Shown in pieces: positions 1 through 13,957 of a stretch of 64,000 nt of DNA. The DNA lies in the NCBI GenBank assembly GCA_030390025.1, contig CM059432.1:133302001-133366000 (forward strand). The letters are read 5' to 3'. The stretch comes from Squalus acanthias. Its lineage: Eukaryota. Below the pieces are notes generated by a model that saw only the letters and a program-made list of their open reading frames with translations, searched no databases and was not told the origin of the DNA. The position numbers and the translations under genes are program-made. How positions within the stretch are numbered: the first letter of the stretch is position 1; each line of letters starts with the position of its first letter.

Positions 1-265
1 TGTCAGCTGTGGCTCAGTTGGTAACACTCTTGCCTCTGAGTCAGAAGGTTATGAGTTCTAAATCTCTCTCCATGAGACTTGAGCACATACTGCAGTACTG
101 AGGGAGCACAACACTGTAGGATGAGATGTTAAACCGAGGCCCTGTAAGCTCCTCTCGGAGGGGCGTAAAAGATCCCATTGCAGTATTTTGAAGATGAGCA
201 GGGGAGTTATGCCCGGTGTACTAGCCAATATTTATCCCTCCACCCACAGCATTAAAACAGATCAT
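1..265 (+). mobile_element. tRNA-derived Deu-domain SINE (SacSINE1-like), 3'-truncated
   Basis: A-box-like head TGGCTCAGTTGG, then core GTAAAAGATCCC...GAGCAGGGGAGTTA...CCAATATTTATCCCTC shared with over 10 other copies in the window. Confidence 0.8.
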
Positions 266-581
266 CGTAGATGTAGCGTGAGCTCAGCTAGCTTTTATGG
301 GAATGGATTTATCATAGCAGGAACTATGGGGCCAATACTGCAATCCTGGCCTACTGCATGTTAGGGAAAAGTAGGGATCCCAGCTCATCCCATATTATCT
401 CAATTAATTCTCTGCATCACTGGTATCTTGCATAGGAATTGTGATCATGTGCAAAAGTGTGGGAACACAGGAGCTTGTAGCCCTTAAAGGCCAACCGACT
501 AATTTGGAATATGTTGCTGGTAATGGCTTGGAAGGATCCAGTGGTTTTAACGTTTCATGCACTGGTGACCTTTGAGATGAT

Positions 582-1405
582 GGCCGCGATTTTTCCTATC
601 GATGCGGCTTGGGGGCGGGACAGCTGCCTTCCGGGTTTCAGTCCCGCCCCCCAACGACATCAGACGCACAGACGCGATTTTGCGTCAATTGGCCTTGTTA
701 AGCCCGCCCTGCGGGCTTGCCGGCCAATTAAGAGGAAGCCGGTGTCAAATGACGTCAGTTGATGACGCGTCAACTGCCGGTTTTCTTAAAGGGGCCACAC
801 ACAATTTTTTTTGACAGCTGATTTTTCAGTGTTTGACAGCATTGAGGTGCTGCAAACACTAACAATCACTGTACAAAGGTGAGCCCTTGCAGCCAGGCTC
901 TCCAGTAACTCCCTCCTTAGGCTAGAACAGATGGCAGCTGCAGGTGAGGTTACAGAAGCGATCTGTCACTGGTGAGAGAGGTTCTCCCAATGAGGTGGGA
1001 CTACACACACAATCTAAAACTTGTCACCTACAGAAAATTGTAAATGCATTAAAAATGATTTTCCCAACATTTTCTTACCTCTGAATGTCATCAATGCAGA
1101 AATGCTACAGTAGACCCACAGCACGCCACACTTACCTGGCGTGGTGTCCAGATGTCGGGAAGCCCGCAGTAGACCTGTCAAAATTGCAAAAAGCCTCTTA
1201 ACTGCCTGTTAACAAGCAGTTAAGTGCCTGTAATCCTCTTCCCACCACTAGGTGTCGGGTCCACGTGCAAATCGGGGACCCGACACCTGGGAAGATTGTT
1301 TGGAGGCGGCTTGACAGTGGGTTTCTGACCCGCTGTCAATCTTTGCGATTTTGCCGGATGTCCCGCCTCCAAACCCACCCCCTGAGCACCGGCAAAATTC
1401 CGGCC
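582..1405 (+). mobile_element. Non-autonomous Harbinger derivative (same family as 10587-12323, opposite orientation)
   Basis: TIR-like ends GGCCGCGATTTT / AAAATTCCGGCC; 690-915 is homologous to the reverse complement of 11990-12220 (Myb-gene promoter end); no clean TSD. Confidence 0.7.
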
Positions 1406-1767
1406 AAAGAGCCTGACGTAAGAAAACTACTAGGCACTTGGTCTAATCATTAAACAAAGCTTTAATCAACTGTTTTTCAACATGGAGATCTAGTTGTGTC
1501 CTTCACTAGTTCCTGTTGAGGAATGTCCTAAGCAAGCTGGGACCATGCCCGAGTATTTATACTCTCCCTGGACAGCGCCACCAGCAGGCCACCCAGTATT
1601 ACTTCATACATGAATGACAAGATTCATGTCAGAGCCCGTGCTGCTGGCAGGATTTGTGGGATCTTACTGTGTGCAAAATGCCTGGCATCTTTGCCTCCAT
1701 AAGAACAGTAACTCGTTGTATTGGAAGTACTTGGAGCCATTTCTGAGAGATGTTAGAAGCAAATGTA

Positions 1768-2215
1768 AAAGAAAGAAAGAATTATATTTATTTAGCACAT
1801 TTTACAACCTCAGGACGTCCCAAAGCGCTCCACAGTCAATGAAGTACTGCCACTGTTGTAATGTAGGAAACACAGCAGCCAATTTGTGCACAGCAAGCTC
1901 CCATAAACAGCAATGTGCTGATGACCAGATAATCTGTTTTTGATTGAGGGATAAACATTGGCCAGGACAACAGGGAGAACGCCCCTGCTCTTCTTCAAAA
2001 GAGTGTCATGGGATCTTTTACAATTACCTGAGAGGCAGGCGGGGCCTCAGTTTAACATCTCAGCCAAAAGATGGTGTCTCTGACAGTGCAGCACTCCCTC
2101 ACTACTGCACTGGAGTGCCAGCCTAGATTTTTGTGCTCAAGTTTCTGGAGTGGGACTTGAACCCACGACCGTCTGCCTCAGAGGCAAGAGAGTGCTACCC
2201 ACTCAGCCACTGGCT
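1768..2215 (-). mobile_element. Deu-domain tRNA SINE, near full length
   Basis: Reverse complement of head, Deu core and (GAAA)n/ATTTATA tail. Confidence 0.85.
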
Positions 2216-2672
2216 GGCGTTTTCTTTCAAAAGCTTTTTTTTTGGCTTTTGATTTCTTTCTGTCCAATTTTTCAGGATTTGTTTTTCATCCAGCAATGTG
2301 GAGTTTACAAAGAAATATCAGAACTGGACAGTTTGTTCCATGGCTGCAAAACCACACAGCCTCAAAAGGAGGTTCAGCAACACCAGCATGGAGTGGTGTA
2401 GCTGTTTCCCATGAGTTAATTGCAAAATAATTGGAACAGCAGAGGTGCTGTCCTTGAGATAATACATTCAACCATTTGAAGAGGAACAGAGAATTCTTCT
2501 GGTGTCCTAGCCAACATTCTTTCCTCAACCAACAACACTAACAAAAATGGATGAACTGGTCCGACATCTCATTGTTGTCTGTTGTGAGATCTTTCTGTGT
2601 GAAAAATGGCTATCATGTTTGCCTTGCTAATGACAATACCTACTCTTCAAAGTAATTCAAAATAATATTAGG

Positions 2673-3140
2673 TGTCAGCCCTGGCTCAATGGTAGCACTC
2701 TCCCCTCTAAGCCAGAAGATCTGTGGGTTCAAGTTTCACTCTCAGAGACTGAGGACAAAATCCACGCTGACACTTCAGTGCAGTGCTGAGAGAGTGCTGC
2801 ACTGTTGGAGGTGCTGTCTTTCGGATGAGACGTTAAACTGAGGCTCCGTCTGCCATCTCAGGTGGATGTAAAATACTCCATGGTATTATTTTGAAGGAGA
2901 GCATGGGAGTAATGGCCAGTGTCCTAGCTAATATTTATCCCCGAACCACCATAAAAAAACCAGATTATCTGGTCATTATCGCATTGCTGCTTGTGGGAGC
3001 TTGCTGTGCACAAATTGGCTGTCGCGTTTCCTACACGACAACAGTGACTACACTTCAAAAGTACTTCTTTGGCTGTGAAGCGCTTTGGGACATCCTGAGG
3101 TTGTGAAAGGTGTTGGATAAATACAAGTCTTTCTTTCCTT
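2673..3140 (+). mobile_element. Deu-domain tRNA SINE, full length
   Basis: TGTCAGCCCTGGCTCAATGG head, GGGTTCAAG B-box, core, tail ATAAATACAAGTCTTTCTTTC. Confidence 0.85.
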
Positions 3141-3204
3141 TTTTCATTATATGTGAAACACTTTGAAACATTTCCAAGAGAAATGTGACAAGGTGCTACA
3201 TAAA

Positions 3205-3545
3205 CATAGAAACATAGAAACATAGGAGCAGGAGTAGGCCATTCGGCCCTTCGAGCCTGCTTCGCCATTCAATATGATCATGGCTGATCCTCTATCTCAA
3301 TACCATATTCCCGCTCTCTCCCCATACCCCTTGATGCCTTTTGTGTCTAGAAATCTATCTATCTCCTTCTTAAATATATTCAGTGACTTGGCCTCCACAG
3401 CCTTCTGTGGTAGAGAATTCCACAGATTTACCACCCTCTGAGTGAAGAAATTTCTCCTCATCTCAGTCCTAAATGTCCTACCCTGTATCCCGAGACTGTG
3501 ACCCCTCGTTCTAGACCCCCCCAGCCAGGGGAAACATCCTCCCTG
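3205..3545 (-). mobile_element. CR1/HER1 LINE 3' fragment
   Basis: (ACATAGAA)n tail plus GGAGCAGGAGTAGGCCATTCGGCCC, matching the 3' end of the long LINE at 17335. Confidence 0.9.
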
Positions 3546-4764
3546 AATACCAATATATTCTTCTAATTAAAAGAATGTCTAACCCTCGTCTCGGTGACTT
3601 AGTGGGAAAATGAACTTGGTTGTGTGGGAAATACGTAAGAGGAGATCTTGGGTTCAATTTCATCCCAAATAGCAGAAGGAATGCTCTGTGTTCTCCATAC
3701 TTATGGGCTAAGAAGAGGGAAAACAAGCCAGGGTTCTTGCTGCTTACTATCCAGTTACCGGTGTTGGAAGTGTGTGTAGATGGCTGGTGAGGACAGGGTT
3801 AGGCCTCACCATGAAATAGCATAGCAACACTCTTGTGCCAAGCTAACACACTCAGGCTATGTAACGGAGGGCCACTTGCATCTGTAGCGCGGTACCCAGA
3901 AAGCGTCATGAGCTTCATGAGGGAAACAAGCTATAAGTGAATATTTCTCTCTATTAAATGAATAGAAATTGGTCTCGAAATATTTTCTATTTAAGCTCCT
4001 TGATAAACAAATAATTACAGTAAGAAATGAACTAAAGGAACTGTCTGGTCAGATGTCTTTCCTATTTGCAGCTGTCACTCTCAGCAGGTTTTATTTAGTT
4101 TTGTACAAATAATGAAGCAATAATGTGTGTGAGTGAATACCTTGCACTGGATGTGAGAACTGTTGGAAAATATTAGCTTTGCCTCCACAGGACTCCACAT
4201 TAATCATTTCCTGCTTGCCCAGGGAAAGTGAATATCACCTCCCAGCAGCCAAATTGAGTCCTGCAGCATTTTGTACGCTCAAGCAACTGGCCCTGATGGG
4301 CAAGCAAATGACCGCAAATTGTGGCTGACATTACCAGTTAAAGCAAGCATTAATTCCACCAATCCTGCTTCAGGTGAGGCTAGAAGACAACTGTAAGTTA
4401 ATCAAAATCAAGCTTCAGTGCCCTCTTTTATGGATCTCCAGCGTTTCGTTCTTTGTTAATGTCAATGGGACCTCATGTGTTCTGACAAATGTTGGATTCC
4501 AAAACGAGTTTAACAAGACTTTTGCCTGTGTGTGGAATACATACCACCATTAAACTGCCAAGAATTGAATGCATATCCACTGCTGTACCATAAAGAATTC
4601 AGATGAATAGGCTCCACTAGAGGTAGATCCATTGCCACAAGATTATTGTTGTTTTATGCAGACTCGCTACTAGACAGCCAGAGATTCAGATGCATATACA
4701 CACCCGTCTGATAGACCTCTGTAACAATTGGGGTTTTTACCTAATTGGCCTAAAAGAGATTTTG

Positions 4765-5474
4765 GGGGTAATTTTAACCACCCAAAACGGGTGGGCTTTG
4801 GTTGGGTGGGATGTAGAAATGTTAAAAATCTGATATTCAATCCCAACCCGTCTCCAACCTGCCCACTTCCAGTTTTAACAGAGGCAGGATGGGGGCGGAG
4901 GGCAACTAACCCACTCCCAGGAGGCAGGTTGTCCATTTAAAAATAATGAGGCTGGGTGCCTCATATGTAACCACCATTTTAAATTTAACCCTGGTCGGCT
5001 GAGTTTTCCGGGCCTCGGGAAACCCGACGGCTAAAGGGAGGCAAGGACTACCAGATCCAAGAGGTAAGTGCCTTTCCACTTATCTGCTGGATCCAGCTTA
5101 CCTGCTTCACCCATCCCCATGATCGGACATCCCTCGACCCTTCCAATCTCCCCCGACACTTCTGATCTCCCCCCCAACTTTTCTGATCAACTCTGCGAGG
5201 CCTCCAAATTCCACCCCTCCCCCCCGAACCATTCCGATTTGCCTTCTGGCATCCGATCTCCCCTCTGGCCTCCGATCTTGACACCCCGCCCATCGCCCCC
5301 TTCTGGCTTTTCCGATCCCTCTCAATCTGGCTGGCTGCGACTGGGAAACAGAGACAAAAAATGGTACTCAGGTCCTGCCGTTAAATTTGCCAGGACCTGC
5401 AGGATCCCGACCGCAAAATTGCTCCCCTCCCTGCCCCACTGCTCCCTCCCCGCCTCCGAGATAAGATCGGGGCC
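4765..5474. mobile_element. Harbinger-type MITE, family B (ends GGGGTAATTTT / AAGATCGGGGCC, central CCGATCT-like tandem repeats)
   Basis: Homologous to 44715-45490 (inverted) and 28845-29060; flanks TTG/TTT. Confidence 0.7.
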
Positions 5475-7418
5475 TTTGATTTCACTTATGATATGATTTT
5501 GCTATGAAATTAGATTTGGATTATGAATGGTTATCTCCCAGAGATACACAGCCATTTCAAATGTTGTTTACATTGTGTCTTGGGTGGAATAACAAATGGC
5601 ACAGCCATTAAAACTGTTGACTTCTGTATTTGGTTCAACTTTGAGACAATGGGAAGTAGTTGAGCACATCCTAGAGCAGTTTACATCCTGATGTTGGAAC
5701 GGGTTTTCCTTCAATATGCCTGGTAGGAGGACTTAGCCGAGTGGACAGTACTAGTGTCGCAAGCTTGCACATCAAGAGGGAATTCCCTTCTTCAAGATTT
5801 ATTGGTAGCTCAGAGGATCAATGCTGATCACAAACCAGTTGGGGGGGGGATCAGGGGTCGAGCTTCGTTGAGTTGAGTGTCTCTTTCTCTCTTCCTCTCC
5901 GGAGAAGAACATTTGGAACAGTCAGACACAGAAAGATCTTGCTCTCTTAGTTAATCAGTCAGAACTCCAGGATGAGTTATGAACACATATATCCTGGAAG
6001 TACCAGTTATATCAGGGACTGCTAACTTGTAAGTGAGTTTAGCCCATAATAGGGACTGAGTTACGTGTTTTGTTGTTTTATGGCACAAGGAGTGATAAAT
6101 GTATCTCACTTAAAAACTGTTTACAGTTGACTTTGTTTCGCTTTTCAGTCCGCCTTTCGAAAAGACAGGAGAACGTACGTGGCAGCATGTATGAGATTAT
6201 AGTATCCAGTACACACAAGGGCTTTACTGTTACAATCCATGAGCCATACTATCTCTTCACTAGCTGACCAGCAGTAAAGTTACAGTTCAAATTGCAGGAG
6301 AAATAAGTTCCACTTATGGGAATGACACTAATATATTGTGTCGTCCATTCATTTTTAAATAATGCCAAGGATTTACATGAATAAACATTTACTACTAGAC
6401 TACCAGAATTGTGTATATGATAGATCCAACAGACCAAGAGAGACATGAATGCATAGACTCGATGGGCCAAATGGCCTCCTTCTGTGCTGTACTATTCTAT
6501 GATTCTTACCTGCTGAGCTAAGATGAAAATGGAGGCAAAGTGCCCAAACCATTATGGAGACTTCATAATAACTTTCATTTGGCCACAGCCTACATTATAG
6601 AGCCAAACATTTTGCGCAGTAAGCAAAATGGCCAGTGAAGTTACGTTGGGGGAGTGGGATCAGCTCCGAGGGAATTCATGGCCTATGATTTATGTAATAT
6701 GGGGTTACAATTGCACCGTGGTATTATACATTAAATCCAATAAGGAATTCAGGAGAAACTTCTTTTCCCAGAGAGTGGTGAGAATGTGGAACTCGCTATC
6801 ACCTTCAAATCGGCAGCCCGTTTTAAAATCATCCCGATGTATTTTTACCCATTGAATACAATGGAAACGAAAATTGGGTTGGGTATAAAACGGGCTGCCT
6901 GTTCATTATCTCCTGTGTTACACCACCGCTGAAGTTGAGTTTTACCCCCAGTGTCTTCCTGATCCTCAGTGATAATCGGGGAATGTTCAGAAATCTATCC
7001 ACCCTAAATCTTCACTCTTAATCTCTGGGAGGTCGCTTTCCACCAATAACATTTCCTTGGTCCCAGTAGCACAGGATCCATTGTATTTGATGAAGTATTT
7101 GATTGTCTCAAGATTTACTTATCCCTACAATCTTTATTCCCTTTCCTAATCAAATATTTATCCAGTTCTTTGTTGAAGGTGTTAACTCTGACAGTGTTAA
7201 CTGCTTTTGCTGGGAATCTGTTCCATGTATCCATCAGTCTTTGGGGAAAACAAATTCGTCAGTTCTCTAAATCCAGGCACTTTCTGCTGTTCCTCTACTT
7301 ATAATAAAATCCTTCCATGAAAATGTGTCTTACATCTTTATTCTGGGCCAATTCTTCAGAGACCCGGAAACCTGCAGAGGACACACTGCCCTTCAATCTA
7401 ACACAATGTAGAAACTAA

Positions 7419-9185
7419 GGGCTAGAGATTCATGTACTTACCGACACTCCATAGCGCCATGAAATGGCAATAAAATGGCGGCCGCCACTCTTTCCCCAGC
7501 TGATGGTGGGTCCCGCAGCAGCCGCCATATTCCATTTCCCCTTTGCGCTGCTGGTAACTGGCATGCCCTGGAAAGAAAAATGGCGGCGCGGTGACGTCAA
7601 TCGGCGTGCAATGCCAACTTAACATCACCAACGCGAACTTCAACCCTAGCGCTGAATTCAGCGCTGGGTCCTAAGCACGCCAGGTTAACTAGGTTTTTTT
7701 GATTTTATTGAAGTGGTGACTAGCTGCAATAGATGTGAAAAGTTTTTTAAGTGTGTAGGGAGTGCTACTGGATGCTTGCAAGGGCTCGGATGGTAAATAA
7801 AGGCCTTTGAGAAGACAGAACATGCTGCGAATACTCAGCAGGTCACGCAACATCCGTGGAGAGGAAAACAGAGTTCACGTCTCAGGTGGACATGCTGCCT
7901 GACCAACTGAGCATTTCCAGCATTTGATGCTGTCATTTCACATTTACAGCATTGCTTGCAGAGGGAAGAGGAAGACGCAGAAGTGGAAGGCGCAGAAGAG
8001 GAGGAAGCCGAAGAGGAGGAATCAGGTGTAAGGATGCATCCCAGACAGCCCCTTTGTGGCCGGGATATCCGTCATGGAATCATCTGCCTGCGGTCCCACT
8101 GGCTGGGCAGGCTGCCTCTTGTTGACCCACTGACTGGGCAGGCTGCATTTCTTGGGTGTGTGAAATGAGGAAGGCACAAGGGTGGAGTTGTGCTGACGGG
8201 AGGGCTGGAAAGCAAGAGGTGCATGCCAGAAGGAGGATAACCTATGAGGATACCAGCATCTTGTATACTTTCAGCCCCGCCGCTGGCCAAGGGCTCAACC
8301 ATGCCCCTGCCAAGAATGGCCTGCACCATCTCCTCCAAGGGGGTGAGGTGAGGCTAGGAATAGGAGATGTGCCTCATCATTGGTGCAGATTGTTGGTAGG
8401 TGAGTGATTGGGGCTTGTGCATTGAGCAGTGTGTGAGGCTGGTGATGCAGTTAGTAGGAGACGGCTTTTGAAGATGCATTCATTGACCTTGACCAGTGGT
8501 CTGAGGTCATGAAGCTTCTTTGGGCACTGGAGCCAGGTGGTGGGGGCGACACTGCTGGCATTGACGGGCTTAGTGATGTGCTCCCACAACGCTCTTTCTG
8601 GAGGGCCTCCTGGCCCCTGTGGGTAGAAGGCCGCACTTGCAGTGTTGACTCCCTCTACAAAGCTGGAGTGCTGCATGTCAGACCCTCGGTGCCCCTTCCC
8701 TGGCTTGCTGAGCTATTTGTGTTAGTGCTGAGGCAGATTCCCCATTTGTTGAGGTTAGGAAGGTAATTCAGCTTTAACAGCTGAATATTCACATTTGGAA
8801 CTTCTTTTAAACGTTGAATATTTTTTTAAAGGCAGAAAGGGCTGAAAAATGTATTGCTTCACTGCATTTTATCTTGTATTGCTTCAGTGTGCATGGCCCC
8901 TTTAAATCTCAGACCTCTTCATTGCCCACAATTCCTTGCGAGCGCCACAGCTTCGCTCAGAGGCTGTGAGAAGCTGCAACGCCAGACCTGGACAGGAACT
9001 TCGTCCCGGATCCCTCCAGCAACGCCACCAGGATGGCACTGCATGGAAGGTGAACTCTGCGCCACCTATCTCCATGCCCCCCAGACCAATTTCACTCGGT
9101 TAGCGTTGCGGCCGTTTCCAGCGGCCGTTAACTGCAGTTGCCGGTGACACCGGCATCTTTGCTGGCGAACACGAATTTTTCCCCC
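7419..9185. mobile_element. Internally deleted PIF/Harbinger element with TAA TSD
   Basis: TAA|GGGCTAGAGATT...AATTTTTCCCCC|TAA; transposase acidic C-terminal remnant on + (7956-8095, EEEEAEEEES...GRDIRHGII); Myb/SANT exon remnant on - (8485-8670, LWEHITKPVN...TWLQCPKKLHDL). Confidence 0.85.
7812..7952. mobile_element. Penelope-like inverted-repeat element with ribozyme core deleted, nested in the Harbinger derivative
   Basis: ATGCTG..ATACTCAGCAGGTCA..CATC.GTGGAGAG...GAGTTCACGTCTCAGG followed by its inverted copy ATGCTGCCTGACC..CTGAGCATTTCCAGCAT; same family as 44465 and 49887. Confidence 0.65.
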
Positions 9186-10586
9186 TAAGTACCTTACCAT
9201 TCAGCATTAACTGAGCATATTCAATGTTTTAAAGCTAAACATATCTTGACATCAATGCCAGGGTTGGTGTGATATCGGCAAGTGAAACTAATTATCTTTG
9301 CCCTGTTGAATATTAATGCACTGCTTATAGAGCAGGGGAGGTCTCCCCAGTGCCCTGACCAATATTTATCCCTCTTCCAGCACCATTAAAAACAAATTAT
9401 CTGGCCATTTATCTCAGTGCTGTTTGTGGAAGCTTGCTGTGCACGCATTGGCTGCCACATTTCTTACATTACAACAGTGACTACGCTTCAAAATTACTTC
9501 AATGGCTGTAAAGCGCTTTGGGACACCCTGAGGTCGTGAAAGGCGCTATATAAATGCAAGTCTTTTTTTTCTTACAATTAGGAAGTGCAACCATGCTATG
9601 GCCAATAGTGTCCTTGTGGGGCAAACCCTGTAAGAAAATGTGACAGTGCGTAAACTAGTCAAGAAATCCGATCTGTTTAATAAAAAAAGACTATGCAGTG
9701 TAACTCCTAAATGTGATTTCCTCCCACGTGTTAATGGCTGAGATATAAATGTTAATGAAAAATTCAAAATTATTTTTTGCTGGGTAAGAATTATTCAGTG
9801 ATGGGGATTGTTACCCGTTTTGCCCATTTTTCAGGCGTAAAGTGGAGCAGCGTGGACAAATTTCTGGGCGTGCAGTCCTGCGCCCAATCTGCGCCAGCGG
9901 CATTGCCGCCAGCTTGTTGATCTTCGCCGGTCTTAGGCGTCCCAAACGGCCACCTGAAATCAGCATTGGATCAATTAAAATATGCAAAGAAGATTGGTGG
10001 TGTTTGATAGGAGATTTCCACTCATGGGGGAAAACCAAAACAAGGGGCCCATAAATATAAGATAGTTACGATTAATCCAATAGGGAATGCAGGAGAAACG
10101 TGTTTACCCAGAGAGTGGTGAGAATGTGGAACTTCACTGCCCTTCCTGGCTCCACAGCGCTACTGCAATCCGCTGATGACCCAAGTTCGGCCCTCCCTGC
10201 ATTTTCCTCCACCCCCTCCCCCCCCCTTACCTGTAGGCCCATGTCAGCAGCACCAAATTCAATCCCCGACATCGTGAAAACTGCCTCTGGAGTCGCAGCA
10301 GGTGCCAGTTGCTCGCCTCCATTGTTAAAATGAGCCCCAAGGCCCAATTTTGAGTAAGCCTGGGGCCTATGGACTATGGTTTTTGGCGCGTGCTTGCATC
10401 ATGTCGGCCCGAAACCAAACCGAAACCTGTGTGTCTCCAATTCCCCACGGAGTGACTTTGTGATCCTATCTCCTCAATAAAAAGGTATGGAAGAGAAATC
10501 AGGCCCATGTAGAGGAATCCAAAACTAGGGGCCATAAATATAAGATCGTCGCTAATAAATCCAATAGGGAATTCAGGAGAAACAAC

Positions 10587-12323
10587 GGCCGAGATTTTCC
10601 TAGGAGTCAGCGGGCGCGATTGGTGATGGATCGGGTGGGAAGGTAGGTTTTTTCCCCAGCGGGTCGGGACCCCGCTGTGAACTCACCACCACGCGTCTTT
10701 CCCCGATGTCGGGTCTGTCAGCGCTGAGCAGACCCGACACGCAGGGGGGTGGGAGGGGGGGGGACCCAATTCAGGTAATTATGACCTCGTTTAGAGATCA
10801 TTAAGAATACATTTGAGCTCACCTTTTGATTTTACGCCCACGGGGTGCTCGCTGCTTGGGGATCAGGTCTGTCAAGCTGAGGTGGGAGTTCAGTGGCCAT
10901 TGAATCAGCTGTTGGGTTGACTGCTTTAAATGTAAAGTAAAAGCTCCCACCTTACGGAGATATCTTCCCTCAGCCACAAGCTCTTCCTACTGCATTTCCA
11001 CTACAGATTCAGAATGCTGCAAGTCTTTACACAAGTCTCCATCCAGTCTTACCTCATTACCTCTCTCACCATTGACAGATCGCTTCTGTCATCTCTACGT
11101 CACCTGCCATCTATTCCATCAGCATGGGTGCCCTTAATACTCGCTCACCTTGGTCTTCAGAATCCCACCACGATCTGCCCCAACACCAGCAGCACCAGGG
11201 ACACCAGCAGCACCAACAACAACACCGACGTGCTCTGCAATCAACTGATGCTACACAGGACACAGGACATCAGCACCCGACCACATTGCTGCCCGGGACG
11301 CCAGGGATGCCCTCACTATGGCCAGATTTACTTCACTTGACGCTGTACACCCTGGCTGCCACATGATGCGTCAGGTTGGCACCACCCCACACCAACACCA
11401 TAAAGCATCCCTACAATGCCCAAGCCATTCCTTTCACACTCATGACCATTGCGGGGGGTACCGTTATGTCTCACCAGTCACTGCAACTCACTAAGCCACT
11501 TCCAAAGGTGCACGTAAATCTGTCAATGTTTGACACCACATTAACAGAAACTTTACATGAACATTGTATAAAACACACAAGTGCCTACCCTTGTGTGTTG
11601 TTAGTTGGTATGATTGCACTAGGATGAGGGTGAGTGTGAGGGCTGGCTAGTGAGAAGTGATAATGTAGATAGAGAGGGATGGGTGGAGGTGCAAGGTAAG
11701 TTGGTGTGAGTAAGGATGTGCAGGAGTAGGGTAGGGAAGGCAGAGTGGTGGGGATGTGATGAGTGGCACAGCAGGATGAGGTTGAGTGTGGCTTTGTACT
11801 AATGTTTCGTGATCTGCTGAGATCATTGAAACGTTCGCGGCACTGCACCCAGGTCCTCCTGACCACATCCCTGCTTGTGCCCTCCTGTGCAATGTGCAAC
11901 CAGGATATATTGATCTCCTAGGGAGGTGGCTTCTGCCCATGGGAAGGGAAGAGGACCTCCCTGTGTGCTGTGACTCCCTTCATAAGCATATGGAGGGAGT
12001 CATGGGAGAGCCTGGGTGCAGCCGTGCACCTCTGTGCAGTGCTTGTCAGCGTTTGCAGCACCTCAATGCTGTAGAACACTGACAGCACAAATGTCAAAAT
12101 AAAGTTGGGCATGGTCTCTTTAAGGAAACCGGCTGATGACACGTCATCAAATGATGTCACCAGACCCGCTTCCTCTAATTGGCCGGAAAACGCGCTGGGC
12201 GGGCTTAACAAGCCCCATCAAGGGAAATTCAGTTCACAGAGCGGGATGGAGACAGCAGCGGGGTCGGGACCCGCCACCAACATCGCCCGCCACTGACCCG
12301 CCGAGGTGAGCAAAATCATGGCC
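10587..12323. mobile_element. Internally deleted Harbinger element inserted in a CR1 3' fragment
   Basis: TIRs GGCCGAGATTTT / AAAATCATGGCC; the host LINE reads through (AATTCAGGAGAAAC | TTCTTTACCCAGAGAGTGG); transposase N-terminus at 11124 (MGALNT..WSSES..Q-rich) is homologous to 29440; Myb exon 1 on - strand (APRLSHDSLHMLMKGV..EVLFP; RTWVQCRERFNDLSRS). Confidence 0.85.
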
Positions 12324-12560
12324 TTCTTTACCCAGAGAGTGGTGAGAATGTGGAACTTGCTACCACATAGAGTAGTTGAGGCGAATAGCACAGATGCATT
12401 TAAGGGGGGGCTGGAGAAGCACATGAGGGAGAAAGGAATAAAAGGATATGCTGATAGAGTGAGATGAAGAGGGGTGGGAGGAGGCTCGCGTGGGGCATTA
12501 ACACCAGCATAGACCAGTTGGGCCGATTGGCCTGTTTCTGTGCTGTAAATTCTATGTAAT
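12324..12560 (+). mobile_element. CR1 LINE 3' end (continues 10509-10583)
   Basis: FTQRVVRMWN-coding segment and 3' UTR ending TTCTATGTAA; similar copies at 47506-47722, 50477-50665 and 62403-62617. Confidence 0.8.
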
Positions 12561-12759
12561 GTCCACAAGACATGGATGAACGATGAAGGGACACAGTTGT
12601 GCACTTTTCAATGGATGGCTGAATGGGGCCATTTTGAAATGCTTGGGAGCAGATCTGCATTCTCAGCATGGGCATAGGAGACTTATCGAGAGTGAAGGAA
12701 ATAAACCTAAAGTGAATATGGAGTGGGTGCAAATAAATGAACAGTGGCAGATATATGCA

Positions 12760-13185
12760 CCAGTGGCTCAGTTGGTAGCACACGCGCCTGTGAGTCAAAA
12801 GGTTGTGAGTTCAAGTCCCACCCTAGGGACTTGCGCACATAAAGCTAGGCTGACACTCCAGTGCTGTGCTGAAGGAGTGCTGCACTGTCGGAGGTGCCGT
12901 CTTTTGGATGAGACGTTAAACCCGGACCCCGTCTGTTCTCTCAGGTCGACGTAACCCCCGGCGTCCTGGCCAATATTTCTCCCTCAACCAACATAGCAAA
13001 AACAGATTATCTGGTCATTTTCACATTGCTATTTGTGGGAGCTTGCTATGCGCAAATTGGCTGCCGCGTCTCCCACATTACAACAGTGACTCCACTTCAA
13101 AAGTACTTCATTGGCTGTAAAGCACTTTGAGACGTCCGGTGGTCGTGAAAGGCGCTATAGAAATGCAAGTCTTTCTTTTCTTTTT
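12760..13185 (+). mobile_element. Deu-domain tRNA SINE with internal deletion
   Basis: Head GTGGCTCAGTTGGTAGCAC, B-box, partial core, tail GGCGCTATAGAAATGCAAGTCTTTC. Confidence 0.85.
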
Positions 13186-13957
13186 ACTAAAAGCCCCACA
13201 AACTGTTTTATCTGTTTTTAAAATCTAATATTGAGCAAAATTATTCCCTGAGACATAACATTTTAAGTAGATTTGCTATTAAAGCTATTCCATTTATAGA
13301 CTGGTACCCCATGATGCTTGCAGTATTTATGTGCTTTTAACATTATTAATTCCTTCACTTTAAAAATCCACTGGTTGCTATGTGTACGAACATGGTAAAC
13401 ACGCTTTTTTTTAATACATTTACAATGTCACTACACATAACGACCAGAACAATTTTTTGCGCTAAGTGGTGAAGACCCATATCAGTATGGGTCTGATATG
13501 GGTCAGTAAGACTGGTGTGGATTTCCTCCAGATATATCGCACAATTTTCAGAATGAAATGAGATAACATGGTTTTGAGAGGCACCATCTTGAAGAAAAAG
13601 TGTTTGACAAACCTTCTATACATTTTTTTACAAACACACAACACAGTTAAAGTTGCATCTAAACACATAATTTCTGTATATGACACTGTCACAGTGGAAA
13701 TGACCCATGGTTCTTCTGTCTCCCCAAATAAAAAAACAAAGAGGTAGAAATTGAACCCTGTTGCACATGTTTTACAGGCTTAAAACGGGCACATCAAGGC
13801 CCAATTTTGGGAACCAGCGTCCTGCAGCCCAAGGACACCTAAACAAATCTGATCCTTAATTGGGTCTGGCCATGTTTCAGGCGGCCGCCTGAAACAGGCA
13901 TTAGGATCCTCTTTGGACCCTAACGCCTACTTTACCAAAACTGGTCTGCGATGAGTG

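Noticed and set aside
1..75. tRNA genes at SINE heads
   Set aside because: A/B-box heads run directly into the Deu core or V-domain; no complete cloverleaf was identified
5500..6190. Possible second solo LTR
   Set aside because: LTR-like texture, but I could not find matching TG..CA termini with a TSD
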